A stretch of DNA of 64,000 nucleotides, from IMG/VR virus record IMGVR_UViG_3300012988_000018; one strand, 5' to 3'. The notes under the pieces were generated by a model, which was not told the origin of the DNA, ran no database searches, and was given only the letters and a program-made list of their open reading frames with translations. Both the position numbers and the translations under genes were made by a program. Of the stretch, positions 28,008 through 37,283 are shown one piece after another. The stretch is from an uncultured virus (IMG/VR IMGVR_UViG_3300012988_000018). Lineage: Duplodnaviria > Heunggongvirae > Uroviricota > Caudoviricetes. The first letter of the stretch is position 1. Every line of letters begins with the position of its first letter.

Positions 28008-28256
28008 TCATCCTACCCAAACCTTGCGAACAAGACCCTCGATCACCTCGACGTTAAGCCTAGCGTCATCCCTTTCCTTCGCAGGAGGTGACAGCTGCCC
28101 GTCGTACTTGTGAATCCTGAGCTTGAGGCTCGCGTTCTTAGCCTTCATGTAGGCCATCGCAAGCATCATTCCAAACATCGTGCTAGCTAGCTTGTGTGCG
28201 AGGCTAGCAGGCTCGCTCTTCTTGCCGTAATAGGAACGGCGATTCGTCTGTTTCAC
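28008..28256 (-). CDS. small protein, peptidase inhibitor I78/potato-inhibitor-like C-terminus
   Basis: DGQ...RDDARLNVEVIEGLVRKVWVG resembles the RLN(V/I)xVxxGxVxxVxxG pattern; start uncertain (GTG 28256). Confidence 0.45.
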   Translation of the reverse strand: MKQTNRRSYYGKKSEPASLAHKLASTMFGMMLAMAYMKAKNASLKLRIHKYDGQLSPPAKERDDARLNVEVIEGLVRKVWVG

Positions 28257-28298
28257 GTAACTCAACTTTGTTGGCAGCACGTGATTGCGCTGCATGCG

Positions 28299-28665
28299 TG
28301 TAGGCGCCGGGAATCGCACCCGGGTCCGCAACACTTCCTCTCGAAATCTCTTCACAGGCTTGGTCCATCTGCTTGGTCGACCTCAGGACGGGTCTAGTGA
28401 CGCGAGCTTTAACGATCAGGTCACCTGATCGGCACTACGTTTCACGCCCAGCGCTTTGGCGTCTTCCGTTTAACGTCCGGTCGCCCGACGGTTCCCTAGC
28501 GTTCTGTTCCTAGGTGCTAGGAGCCCCGTTCCTCAGGCCACGAGGGCGAGAGGAGCCGTGCCGTTGTCGTTGGCATCTATACGTCACATGGGTTTTGAAC
28601 TGGACCCTCGTGCACCAGTGCCTGCAACCTCAAGTCTCTGTACCACGTCGAAACTGGTCGCCCAC
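28299..28665 (-). ncRNA. ssrA: tmRNA (one-piece)
   Basis: 5' GTGGGCG...TTCGAC; 3' GGACCCGGGTGCGATTCCCGGCGCCTACA; acceptor stem with G3.U70 and discriminator A; tag ORF 28574-28533 (A)ANDNGTAPLALVA*; 367 nt. Confidence 0.95.
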
Positions 28666-28744
28666 AAATCTTACTGTGTCTTGTCGCTAGGTTGTCAATG
28701 ACCGCAGTAACAAGTAGATACTTACCACCTCACGATGGGTTAGT

Positions 28745-29194
28745 TCACCGATGGCGAGCCTTATGCTTTCCCTGACGAATCGGTAGGTGTGGAGGAGGGG
28801 GCCGGCGCTTGCCTGGGTACTTCAGGTCAGGTGGAACCTCGTCGTCGTCATCGCGAAGGATGTCAGCAAACGGGAGCGAGGGGTCGATGCCCAGCTTCTT
28901 TGGATCCTTTGCGATCTCAACGAGTTCGTTGTTATGTGCCCTGAGACCGTCGATCTTCGCTGACTCGTGTTTCAACCATGAGTCGACCGGATCGACGACC
29001 TTGCCTGGGTTCGTCAGCGCAGCATTGATGATCGCCCTGAGCCTGTTGTAGACCTGGTTCAGCTGGGTAGCGTCGTGGACCCTGGGATCGTCAGCCTTGT
29101 ATTCAAGGACATCAATCCCATTCGAGTCACCGAAACGGGCGTGAAGCATGTTATGGAGCGCTAGCAGCTCCTTTGCGTTAATGTTTAGTTTCAT
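28745..29194 (-). CDS. hypothetical protein
   Basis: Start MKLNINAK at 29194 overlaps the upstream stop (ATGA). Confidence 0.65.
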   Translation of the reverse strand: MKLNINAKELLALHNMLHARFGDSNGIDVLEYKADDPRVHDATQLNQVYNRLRAIINAALTNPGKVVDPVDSWLKHESAKIDGLRAHNNELVEIAKDPKKLGIDPSLPFADILRDDDDEVPPDLKYPGKRRPPPPHLPIRQGKHKARHR

Positions 29195-29724
29195 TCTATC
29201 TCTATTAGGTCCTCGACTGGAAGCAGTTCGGTCCAGCTCTTGGGAAATTTGGGTACGTGAAAACGGTGCCACGCGAGGTCACCGTCGTAACGCTCTGCAA
29301 CGAGAAGCTCGTTTTCTTCGGTGCGCCTGATAAACGTCACGTCATCGATAGCATGGCCGTTCACAAGCAGGTCAGTCACGCTAACGCCAGGCGCGAGCGT
29401 GCACTCAAACTCGAGCGTCACCTCTGTTGGAGTTTGGACCACGGAGGTTGAGATCGTGGTCGCTTGTATGGCGCTGAGATCGTGCAACTCGGAACCGAGC
29501 ACGTAGGCTTCTGTGTTCGATGATTCGTCAATGTCGTCACGCGCAAGCTGGACGCTTGCGGGCACGGGCTCAAGGTCCAACACGGGTTCGTCAAGCACGA
29601 ACGCATGCAATTGGGTGAGCAGCTCAGGTGAGTGCACGTGAACCGTGTCAGTCTGTTCACAGACGAGCTTATAGTGTGACAACGCTTTGATCAGGCTCAA
29701 CGCTTGGCTCTTCGTCAGTTCCAT
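29191..29724 (-). CDS. hypothetical protein
   Basis: 177-aa ORF with AAAGGA RBS. Confidence 0.65.
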   Translation of the reverse strand: MELTKSQALSLIKALSHYKLVCEQTDTVHVHSPELLTQLHAFVLDEPVLDLEPVPASVQLARDDIDESSNTEAYVLGSELHDLSAIQATTISTSVVQTPTEVTLEFECTLAPGVSVTDLLVNGHAIDDVTFIRRTEENELLVAERYDGDLAWHRFHVPKFPKSWTELLPVEDLIEIE

Positions 29725-29747
29725 CTATCATCCTTTGCATAAAGGAA

Positions 29748-29775
29748 AAGGTCAGGCCCTTTCGAGCCTGACCCT
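29748..29775 (-). terminator. intrinsic terminator
   Basis: Minus strand AGGGTCAGGCTC-GAAA-GGGCCTGACCTT then TTCCTTT. Confidence 0.75.
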
Positions 29776-29801
29776 ATCGTACACCATTTCGCGACTGAAA
29801 A

Positions 29802-30074
29802 TCAGGCGCGGACGGTACCGCGGACTTCCTTGTAGTGCTTGCGGAGCAGGCGGTACAAGGAGCGTGCCTCACGACCGCTCAGGCGGACGTTGTCAGTGCT
29901 GCCGAACGAGCCGAAATCGATGAACAGGTTCGTCGAGTTGCTGCGTTGGTCAGTCGAGACCGCCATGACAACGCTCGAAGGATCGCGGCGCTGCGTCTCA
30001 GTCCGGAGCTTGCCGGTCTTGTCGGTGCGGGTGGCGATGCGGGCGTTGCGGTTTTGGTCATACGGGTTGCTCAT
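29802..30074 (-). CDS. small basic protein, probably early and highly expressed
   Basis: GGAG RBS before MSNPYDQN; C/G-ending codons; own promoter and terminator. Confidence 0.7.
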   Translation of the reverse strand: MSNPYDQNRNARIATRTDKTGKLRTETQRRDPSSVVMAVSTDQRSNSTNLFIDFGSFGSTDNVRLSGREARSLYRLLRKHYKEVRGTVRA

Positions 30075-30125
30075 TTGGTTCTTCTCCAGGTTTCGGCCGT
30101 TGTTCTTCTTTTGCCGGATGAAAAG

Positions 30126-30154
30126 AATGTATCTCCTGAGCACCGAGTGTACAA
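30126..30154 (-). promoter_or_regulatory. sigma70-like promoter
   Basis: Minus strand TTGTAC-17 nt-TACATT. Confidence 0.55.
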
Positions 30155-30248
30155 GGTCACAAATTTATTCTACGTTGGCGACCTTAGAGGCCATAGGATC
30201 TGACGCACTGATTATTCTGTGAGCAACCTCAAGGCCATACAACTGTCA

Positions 30249-30566
30249 TTACCAACCCCTGATCAACGAGGCATCGTCATCACGCCACTTGTTAATGTAT
30301 GGAATCGCCTCGTTCTTAATGAACTCGTTAGCCTTAGCTTCTGTTTCGAATTCATGAGGTTCTGCTTGAACTCGTGACAGGTCCTTGAACCCTGACTCAG
30401 TCCACCATAAAGGCTCAGCAAGCCGTGGGACCCAAAACCCAACGGTAACGCTTTGTCCCTCAGCGAACTTGTGAGTGTGAACGAACGGATTCTTGTCGTG
30501 CTTTCGTACGACAGAATATGCTTCACCAATCAAGCGCTTGAGCTGTCTGACCGTGATTCTCATCAT
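30249..30566 (-). CDS. small protein with capsid-targeting-like leader
   Basis: MRITVRQLKRLIGEA; ATAGTTA immediately upstream. Confidence 0.7.
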   Translation of the reverse strand: MMRITVRQLKRLIGEAYSVVRKHDKNPFVHTHKFAEGQSVTVGFWVPRLAEPLWWTESGFKDLSRVQAEPHEFETEAKANEFIKNEAIPYINKWRDDDASLIRGW

Positions 30567-30567
30567 C

Positions 30568-31356
30568 CTAACTATCACTCACCAATACCACTTCGTAACC
30601 CAATGTTTCGGCCGCTCGAAGCTTCAGTTCGTCGTTCTCTGTCATGTTACCCTTGATCTCGAACAGGACGTTCTCTTCTAGCGCCTTGAAGTCTGGTAGG
30701 TAGCGATGCCATGAACCGTCAGCCTGTTGGTAGTCGATGACGATCCCATGTTGCTTGGTGACTGGGTAACCCTCCTGGATGCACTGCATCAGGAACGCTG
30801 TCTCCCACGACGAGTGCATGTACTCGGCCTGTCCCGTGAACGGGTTATCGACCCACATCTGCTTGAACGGAGCGCGAGGCCCGATCTTGTTGAGTTCGAG
30901 CAAGGCGATAGCACGAAGAGATGCTTCATCACGTCGCTGATGAGTTAGATCGGAATCTGAAGACCAGAAACGTTTCATATTTTCAATAGCAAGTTTTCTT
31001 GACTCAAGCGTTACTCCTGACCATAACTGATCTTTCTTTTGACGAACAACATCAGGATGTTCCTTCATGTATCGTGTCATGTTGATACGATTTTTCTCAC
31101 CAATACGACGTTTCTCATCGTCTGATTTCTTTCGTCCCCATGCATGATGTCCCAACACGAATTCAGCATATGCTTTCAAAGCAACGTTCCATGTCGTTTT
31201 TTTGCCACATCCACACTTGCAAAGAGGCTCAACACCTTCGTAAGTCCACTTTAATGAGTATTGTTGAAACGTCATCTCGTGTTTTCGTAGATGTCTTCTC
31301 ATCTGTTCTGCGTCGTTAAACACATCACCACACTCTTTACACGTCCTATCTTCCAT
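30568..31356 (-). CDS. free-standing homing endonuclease (C2H2 + NUMOD3-like + PD-(D/E)xK/TnsA-like)
   Basis: CKEC..HLRKH, CKCGCG, KSDDEKRRIGE, HSSWE...YLPDF...FEIKG; AT-rich; directly after the capsid gene. Confidence 0.75.
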   Translation of the reverse strand: MEDRTCKECGDVFNDAEQMRRHLRKHEMTFQQYSLKWTYEGVEPLCKCGCGKKTTWNVALKAYAEFVLGHHAWGRKKSDDEKRRIGEKNRINMTRYMKEHPDVVRQKKDQLWSGVTLESRKLAIENMKRFWSSDSDLTHQRRDEASLRAIALLELNKIGPRAPFKQMWVDNPFTGQAEYMHSSWETAFLMQCIQEGYPVTKQHGIVIDYQQADGSWHRYLPDFKALEENVLFEIKGNMTENDELKLRAAETLGYEVVLVSDS

Positions 31357-31404
31357 GTAATGATCTTCATCCCTTTGAGATGAATGTTTACTGACCAAAA
31401 TCGC

Positions 31405-31432
31405 GAATGCCCAAGATTTCTCTTGGGCACTC
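31405..31432 (-). terminator. terminator/stabilising hairpin after major capsid gene
   Basis: Minus strand GAGTGCCCAAGA-GAAA-TCTTGGGCATTC. Confidence 0.65.
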
Positions 31433-31461
31433 AAACTTTCTACTTCAGTTGACCTTCAACA

Positions 31462-33357
31462 TCAGATGATGTTCATGTCAAGAACTGTGACAGTTCCGTA
31501 AAAATCGCTGCGAACCATCTTCTTGCCGTAGCGGGTCATGACACCCTTACGTGGCGTGAAGTCTTCCGGAGCGAAGATCGTCGGAGTGACGATCAACGGA
31601 ACGTACGGGGCGTACACGTAGCCCGTCTCGAGGTAGCTGCCACCCTTGTAGCCAACGAGGATCTTGTTCCTTGCGAAGTAAGGATCCTTGTAGACTGTGA
31701 AGCGGTTCGACACGGTGCCGATCGCCTCTGCGCCGATGGTGAATGGAGAGCCGACCTGGCCTTCGCCATCGATCGAGTACTTCGGCTTGTAGAGCACGGA
31801 GCTTTCGAGGATGGTGCAAACGTCAGGGCTCGTCACCATGAAGTTCGCGGAGCCGCGGAGGGTCTTGCGGTGGATGGTGTTCGCCACGTCGATGACAGTC
31901 TCGACGAGGGTCTCGTACCACTCACGGACGGTGCCGGTGAACTGCGGGCCGATGCTCAAGGAGCTCGCCAGCTGCTGGGCGACGCCCGTCAGCTTGTTAA
32001 CGAACTTGCCAGGTGCACGGCTCCAGTACATGACTGAACCGTTCGCTTGGGAGACGAGGTCACCCAAGATCTCGCGATCGATCTCGAGAGCGATCTGCTC
32101 TGAGAGGATGCTCGTCAGCTCGACTTCAGCGTCCATCGAATGATAGGCGTTGAGGTCTTGTGCCAACTCAGGAGACCAACGAGCACGCAGCTTGCGGGTC
32201 GTGGCCGTGATGGCGAGTGACTCGATCTTGATGTCGATCTCTGGGATCGGAGGGGTTGGGTTCGTCCCAAAGTCCGACTCGAAAGACGGGATCGTCAAGG
32301 TGGAACCAACGCCGCCGGCAGTGCCGTCAGTGGTGGTAACCGCATCAGCGATCGCCATCGAGAGGCGAGTCGTTGCGCCCAAAACCGGAGCCGTGCTAGC
32401 AGGAGTGATCCTGAAGACGACCTGGATGTGGGTGCCATTGAGAGGGGCGGGAGTGAAGGTCGAGCCGTTCCAGTTACCGCGCTTGTTGAGGCGACGGAGG
32501 TTCAGGACGCCGCGGCCAGACTGGTAGGTCTCACCCCATTGTACTGCACCGTTCGTGGTGGCAACACCAAAGACAGAGAGCTGTTCGACGGCAAGGAAGT
32601 CGCCCTTCGGGATCAGCGCCGCGATCGTGGCCACGCTCAGGTGAGCGAAGGTCACGTCAAGGACGTTAAGACCGAGATCGGCATCGATTTGCGGGTCGAA
32701 TTGCAACATGCGACCGTTGGTGCCTGACATCTGACCAGAGTCAGAGATCACGAGGCCAGCAGACCACGTGTCACCATTGATACCACCCCAAGCGCCGACT
32801 TCAGCGGTCGAGCCAGAGTATGCCATGGTGCCAGAGTGGACCTTGGTGAAACCAACGTTGACCAGGTCATACATGCCGCCAGTGGCCAAAGAGCCTGACT
32901 GGATGCCGCGACCGGCTGGGTTGTTGTAGATGGACTGACCACGGGTGTAGGTCTCAGCAGTGCCGTTGTCCAATTGGGTCGTGCCGACGGCAGAACCGTA
33001 GGTATAATCCAAGTAGAAGATCAGGCCTGACGGTAGCGACATCGGTTGGATCGAGACGAGCTCGTTCGCAACCAAACCACCGAACACCCTGCGGACGATC
33101 GGGAAGGCGATGTTCGAGAAGCCCTGCACCTGACCAGAGGAAGCGACTGCGCCGCCGCCAGTGGACAGAGAGTTCGACTCCTTGAGTACCTGGGCAGCTT
33201 GGTTCTCCAAGAGCTGCGACATGACCTCACGCTTGACGCCATCGAGGCCGCGGAGCAAGCCGGTGCGGCTCCACTTCTCAACGAGGCGTGCTCGTTCAGC
33301 TCCGACGTGGCGGTCCTTGATGCCGGCCGCGAGCTGCTCCATTGTAAAGAACTTCAT
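31462..33357 (-). CDS. major capsid protein (T4 gp23-like)
   Basis: FPIVRRVF, VSIQPMSLPSGLIFYLD, TRKLRARWSPELAQDL, LSEQIALEIDREIL, YAPYVPL, PRKGVMTRY. Confidence 0.97.
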   Translation of the reverse strand: MKFFTMEQLAAGIKDRHVGAERARLVEKWSRTGLLRGLDGVKREVMSQLLENQAAQVLKESNSLSTGGGAVASSGQVQGFSNIAFPIVRRVFGGLVANELVSIQPMSLPSGLIFYLDYTYGSAVGTTQLDNGTAETYTRGQSIYNNPAGRGIQSGSLATGGMYDLVNVGFTKVHSGTMAYSGSTAEVGAWGGINGDTWSAGLVISDSGQMSGTNGRMLQFDPQIDADLGLNVLDVTFAHLSVATIAALIPKGDFLAVEQLSVFGVATTNGAVQWGETYQSGRGVLNLRRLNKRGNWNGSTFTPAPLNGTHIQVVFRITPASTAPVLGATTRLSMAIADAVTTTDGTAGGVGSTLTIPSFESDFGTNPTPPIPEIDIKIESLAITATTRKLRARWSPELAQDLNAYHSMDAEVELTSILSEQIALEIDREILGDLVSQANGSVMYWSRAPGKFVNKLTGVAQQLASSLSIGPQFTGTVREWYETLVETVIDVANTIHRKTLRGSANFMVTSPDVCTILESSVLYKPKYSIDGEGQVGSPFTIGAEAIGTVSNRFTVYKDPYFARNKILVGYKGGSYLETGYVYAPYVPLIVTPTIFAPEDFTPRKGVMTRYGKKMVRSDFYGTVTVLDMNII

Positions 33358-33405
33358 TTTAGTTTCTCCTGTGTCTTTCTAGTTGGTTTGGATCTGATCA
33401 GAGGC

Positions 33406-35367
33406 TCACTTGTTGATGCCAGCGAGCCTTGCCCAGCGCTCTGCCTCATAGCCCTCGTTCAAGGACTGGGTCGATGCCGGACGGGTTACCCTCGACGAGT
33501 TGCCGATGACCTTGCGATCACGGTTCTCATTGACGGTCTTTGACGTGTTTCCGAGGGTCCTTGCGAGACTCTCATAGACGAGCTTGGCTTCCCTCACCGT
33601 CTTCGCCGTGTCGAGCTGCTCGATGACTTTCGCCTTCTGGCGAGAGGTGAGTGACTCGTTCTGGAGGAGCTTGTTGGTGAACAGTAGCTTCGCGTTGATC
33701 AGATTCGTTTCTGCCAACTTGTTGCGGAGAGATGCCTCGGTCTTGGACCCCGCTGACCGAGCAAGGCTGCCATTTTGGCGCTGCCCATTCTGAAGCCTGG
33801 CTTCTGCCATCAGCTTCTTGATCTTCTTGGAACGATCGACCGATTCGTTGAATCGGTTCGCGACCTGAGCGTACTCTTTCTTGAGAGCAGCTTCCTTCTT
33901 CAGGTCTTTCTTTGCACGTGCCTTTCGTACCTCGCTCTTCAAAGCGGCGGCACGGTTCTTGGCACGCTCTTGCAGGCGGGCCTCGAATGCCGAGCGGCGC
34001 TTCAGAGACTCGTGACGTACTGCTGGGTTGTCCTTGTCGGCCGACGGAACTGACGTTGCGCTGGCACCGAAGTCATCGCGGGTACGTTTGTCACCGATCT
34101 GATCCATCGGAGCATCGAACTCGTCGAGTTGGTCTTGTTCGTCCAACTCGTCAGACTCATCCATCTGGTCGTCAGACTCGTCGAGCTCATCCAGCTCGTC
34201 AGCTTCATCCATCTCATCGGCCTCGCCGAGAGGAAGGGCTGCCTTGGCAGGCGACTTGTCAGCGATTGCGTGGGTGATCGGCTCGCCGTCATCCTTTGCA
34301 CCACCGAAATCATCGAACTCTTTGGGACCGACGCCGTTGCCATCGACAGAAGGAGTCGCCTCTTCGCGGAGCTTCCTCATACGGGCAATCTCACGACGCA
34401 ACATCCCCTCGTCAATTTCGACCATCGTGTCGTCGCTCAGTCTACGGCTCTCACCCATGTTGTCCTCTTCTCCACCTTCATCACCACCCAAGTCCAAATC
34501 ACCCAGGCCAGAATCATCTCCACCTTCGTCGCCCTCAGCGTCACCGAAAGCGTCATCGCCTTCACCGTCTTCTTCACCAGTGATCAGGTCAACGCCGACC
34601 GACTCAAGGTCCATGTCGTCAGGAAGTCCAGTCAGTTTCAGCGTGACGTCTTCCTCGTTCATCATCTTCTTGTTCGTTCGTGACATTTTCGGCTCCTGGA
34701 GCTTGTTGAGTTCCCTAAAGTAAGATTCCAACTTGGTCTCGTATGAACTCTTCTTTGCAGGGTCGACCACCGATTCCTGCACGTAGTCATACATATCTTC
34801 CACTTTTGCAATCATCTCAGCGATTTGCGAGTGGAAACCAGCTGACTCCCTAACTAGGAGGCTAGCTTTCTTGAATTTTTCGATAGTCTCACCCAATCGG
34901 TAGACCTTCAATTCGAACTCTTTTGCAGCACTGACCTTCGTCGCCTTGAGGACGGGCGCTAGGGCTGCGATCGATTCGAGATTTAGTTCGTACTCTTCTC
35001 TAGGAAGGGGAGCACCCATCACCGGAGGAGCGACAGCAACGCCAGCCGGATCTGCACAAAGAGCATCAAGATCCAGTGTCACCTTACCCTCAGCGTCTGG
35101 GGGTGTGATGGCCGCAGCAGGGGTGACAGCATCAGCTGAAGGGGACGCCGTGACCAAGTCGGTCATGAGCTCACCCTCAGGTGGAACGCTGCCAGGAGCG
35201 CCTAGGTCATCGTCCATGTCACCGTGCTCACGCAACAGCTCACGTTCGATCATGTCCCGGATCCTGGGCGTCACTGCTTCAAGGATAGCACGCTGAGCGT
35301 TTGCCTCAGCAACTTCCTTCACTTTCTTGACGTCTGCTAGCGCCTCTTCGTAGAGTTGCTTTGTCAT
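33406..35367 (-). CDS. prohead core/scaffold protein
   Basis: LYEEALAD N-terminus, very acidic centre, NAKLLFTNKLL, ERWARLAGI C-terminus; directly upstream of MCP. Confidence 0.8.
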   Translation of the reverse strand: MTKQLYEEALADVKKVKEVAEANAQRAILEAVTPRIRDMIERELLREHGDMDDDLGAPGSVPPEGELMTDLVTASPSADAVTPAAAITPPDAEGKVTLDLDALCADPAGVAVAPPVMGAPLPREEYELNLESIAALAPVLKATKVSAAKEFELKVYRLGETIEKFKKASLLVRESAGFHSQIAEMIAKVEDMYDYVQESVVDPAKKSSYETKLESYFRELNKLQEPKMSRTNKKMMNEEDVTLKLTGLPDDMDLESVGVDLITGEEDGEGDDAFGDAEGDEGGDDSGLGDLDLGGDEGGEEDNMGESRRLSDDTMVEIDEGMLRREIARMRKLREEATPSVDGNGVGPKEFDDFGGAKDDGEPITHAIADKSPAKAALPLGEADEMDEADELDELDESDDQMDESDELDEQDQLDEFDAPMDQIGDKRTRDDFGASATSVPSADKDNPAVRHESLKRRSAFEARLQERAKNRAAALKSEVRKARAKKDLKKEAALKKEYAQVANRFNESVDRSKKIKKLMAEARLQNGQRQNGSLARSAGSKTEASLRNKLAETNLINAKLLFTNKLLQNESLTSRQKAKVIEQLDTAKTVREAKLVYESLARTLGNTSKTVNENRDRKVIGNSSRVTRPASTQSLNEGYEAERWARLAGINK

Positions 35368-35433
35368 GTTACTCGTTCCCTATGATCTCCAGGATAAGTA
35401 TCAATCATTTTCACAAGTTCAAGCAGGGGCAAA

Positions 35434-35943
35434 TCAAACGTTTCCGCCTGAATCACCGAGCTTACCGTTCACACCAAGGATGCTTGCTGCAATGATCTTT
35501 GCGTTCGTAGCAGCAGGTGACTTGGTTCCTGTACCAGGAGCGCCAGGCACGTACGTTGGCTTCAGATCAACGACCTTGATCTCTGGATCAGTTGACTTGT
35601 CGCTTCCTTCTGTCTTACCTGGACCTGGAGACGTGATGTCAGGAGCATACGAGTTCGCTGGGTCACCAGCTGCCGTCCACTTGACGTCTTCTGTCTTCGG
35701 AGCGCCTGCAAAATTGAGATCGACGCCTTCAGGAAAGTAACTGAGGTCGCCCTTTTGGTGAGCTGGCGTCAACGCCGTTTTAGCGATCGCGACCACTGCC
35801 TCACGGGCGTCGTTCTCTTTTCCAACCAGGTCTTGCACGATTGGCTTCTCTGTTGCGTCACCACTGTGGAACAGCTTGTTCAACAACGTGTTCTTGTCGC
35901 TCGCTGGTGGTGCATATTGCGTGTACTTGCCTGTGCCTGACAT
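35434..35943 (-). CDS. hypothetical virion protein
   Basis: P/G/T-rich ORF in the head module. Confidence 0.65.
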   Translation of the reverse strand: MSGTGKYTQYAPPASDKNTLLNKLFHSGDATEKPIVQDLVGKENDAREAVVAIAKTALTPAHQKGDLSYFPEGVDLNFAGAPKTEDVKWTAAGDPANSYAPDITSPGPGKTEGSDKSTDPEIKVVDLKPTYVPGAPGTGTKSPAATNAKIIAASILGVNGKLGDSGGNV

Positions 35944-35983
35944 GGTCTTGGTTCCTTCTGTTAGTACGTATTGTCGAAGACGA

Positions 35984-36247
35984 TCAGGCGACCTTCGTTG
36001 CGATCTTCTTCAAAACACGTTGCTTAGCCTCGCGGATCTTCTCGAGACGCTTGATCGTGCGTTTCTCTTCGATCTTCAGTGCTTTGACGTAGTCGATGTG
36101 CTTCTCCAACGCGTCAGCGTATTCGTCAGCATCGGTCTCTTCGGTCTTGTTAGCCTTCTTCTCGACGTCTTCCATGTCGCCGAAGTTAGCAACTTCTTCT
36201 TCAATGATCTGCCTGAGCAAGCTTGGTGTTAGTTTCTTGATCGCCAT
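35984..36247 (-). CDS. small prohead-core-like protein with leader motif
   Basis: MAIKKLTPSLLRQIIEEE; GAGGG RBS; CTATTTA upstream. Confidence 0.7.
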   Translation of the reverse strand: MAIKKLTPSLLRQIIEEEVANFGDMEDVEKKANKTEETDADEYADALEKHIDYVKALKIEEKRTIKRLEKIREAKQRVLKKIATKVA

Positions 36248-36300
36248 TTGTGCACCCTCTCTAGTGATCGTGCTAGACCTAAATAGGCAACACGACGAAC

Positions 36301-36765
36301 TTACGCTGTTTTCTTGGACGCTGGTTCCATAAAGGCTAGGTTCGCCCAACGTGAGGCCACCTCATCACCGAACACGTCCTCAGGGCTACCATTGAACTGT
36401 TCCTGTTGGACTGGTTTTGCAAAGCCTCCCGAGCCGCCTTCAGTAACGGGCCCGCTGTCTCCCGCCGCGAGCTGTGAAGGTAAGGTCGTCCGTGCTGTAT
36501 CAGCAAAAATCGATTCCATGATGGGGTTACCCCCTGCTTCACGCTTGATGGCATCTTTGAGGGCCATCGTGGGGGCACGACCAGGACTCACGGGAGCATC
36601 GAGCCGTGGATCATAGTCCTGTTTCATGCGGCGGGCCCTGTGTTCTGCAAACGTCGGAGGTTGTTTACGAATGGAAAGCTGCGGAATGTCGCCCAGTCCC
36701 TCGCTCAGGATCTCAAGCAGGCACTCTTTTACGATCGCTTTCAAATGGTCTCGTGACATTTTCAT
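36301..36765 (-). CDS. head-module protein with leader motif
   Basis: MKMSRDHLKAIVKECLLEILSEG. Confidence 0.7.
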   Translation of the reverse strand: MKMSRDHLKAIVKECLLEILSEGLGDIPQLSIRKQPPTFAEHRARRMKQDYDPRLDAPVSPGRAPTMALKDAIKREAGGNPIMESIFADTARTTLPSQLAAGDSGPVTEGGSGGFAKPVQQEQFNGSPEDVFGDEVASRWANLAFMEPASKKTA

Positions 36766-36778
36766 GTTCGTTTACTCT

Positions 36779-37276
36779 CTAGCGTTTGGTTTGTAAGCTC
36801 TTGGTCGCACCGCGACGTGACAAAGGACCGACCCTATCAAACATCGTTACGCCAAGCAGGTGATCGATCTCATGCTGCACGATCCTCGCTTTGAGACCTG
36901 TGCACCTGATTAGCCTGATCGCTCCGTCGAGATCAAGGTATTCTACGTCGCAAGCGATAGGTCGAGAAACAGCTAACAACGTACCTGGTAGCGACAGGCA
37001 GCCTTCTTTCACGAATTCACGCTCGGAAGAGACCCACTTCACCCTTGGATTAACAAGAGCAACGAACTCACTAGAGACATCACCTGCTGATGGATCAACG
37101 AGAACGAGCCTTTGCGACAGTCCGATCTGGTTTGCTGCCAGACCGATGCCTTCCAAGGAGTACATCGTCTCAGCCATGCGATCGACCAACGCCTTGAGCT
37201 CTTGTCCGAAGACGGTCACGTCATCGCACTGGCGACCCAAGATCGGATCTGGGTACTTGACGATGTCAAACATCAA
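36779..37276 (-). CDS. def: peptide deformylase
   Basis: GIGLAANQIG, EGCLS, QHEIDHLLG. Confidence 0.96.
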   Translation of the reverse strand: MMFDIVKYPDPILGRQCDDVTVFGQELKALVDRMAETMYSLEGIGLAANQIGLSQRLVLVDPSAGDVSSEFVALVNPRVKWVSSEREFVKEGCLSLPGTLLAVSRPIACDVEYLDLDGAIRLIRCTGLKARIVQHEIDHLLGVTMFDRVGPLSRRGATKSLQTKR

Positions 37277-37283
37277 TTAATCA

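Noticed and set aside
28257..28355. N-terminal extension of ORF 28008-28355 (MKRFREEVLRTRVRFPAPT)
   Set aside because: It is a read-through of the tmRNA T-arm and acceptor stem, not coding sequence
28668..28698. TTGACA...TAAGAT promoter for tmRNA
   Set aside because: 19-nt spacer and the -10 box is only 2 nt from the mature 5' end; geometry too poor to call
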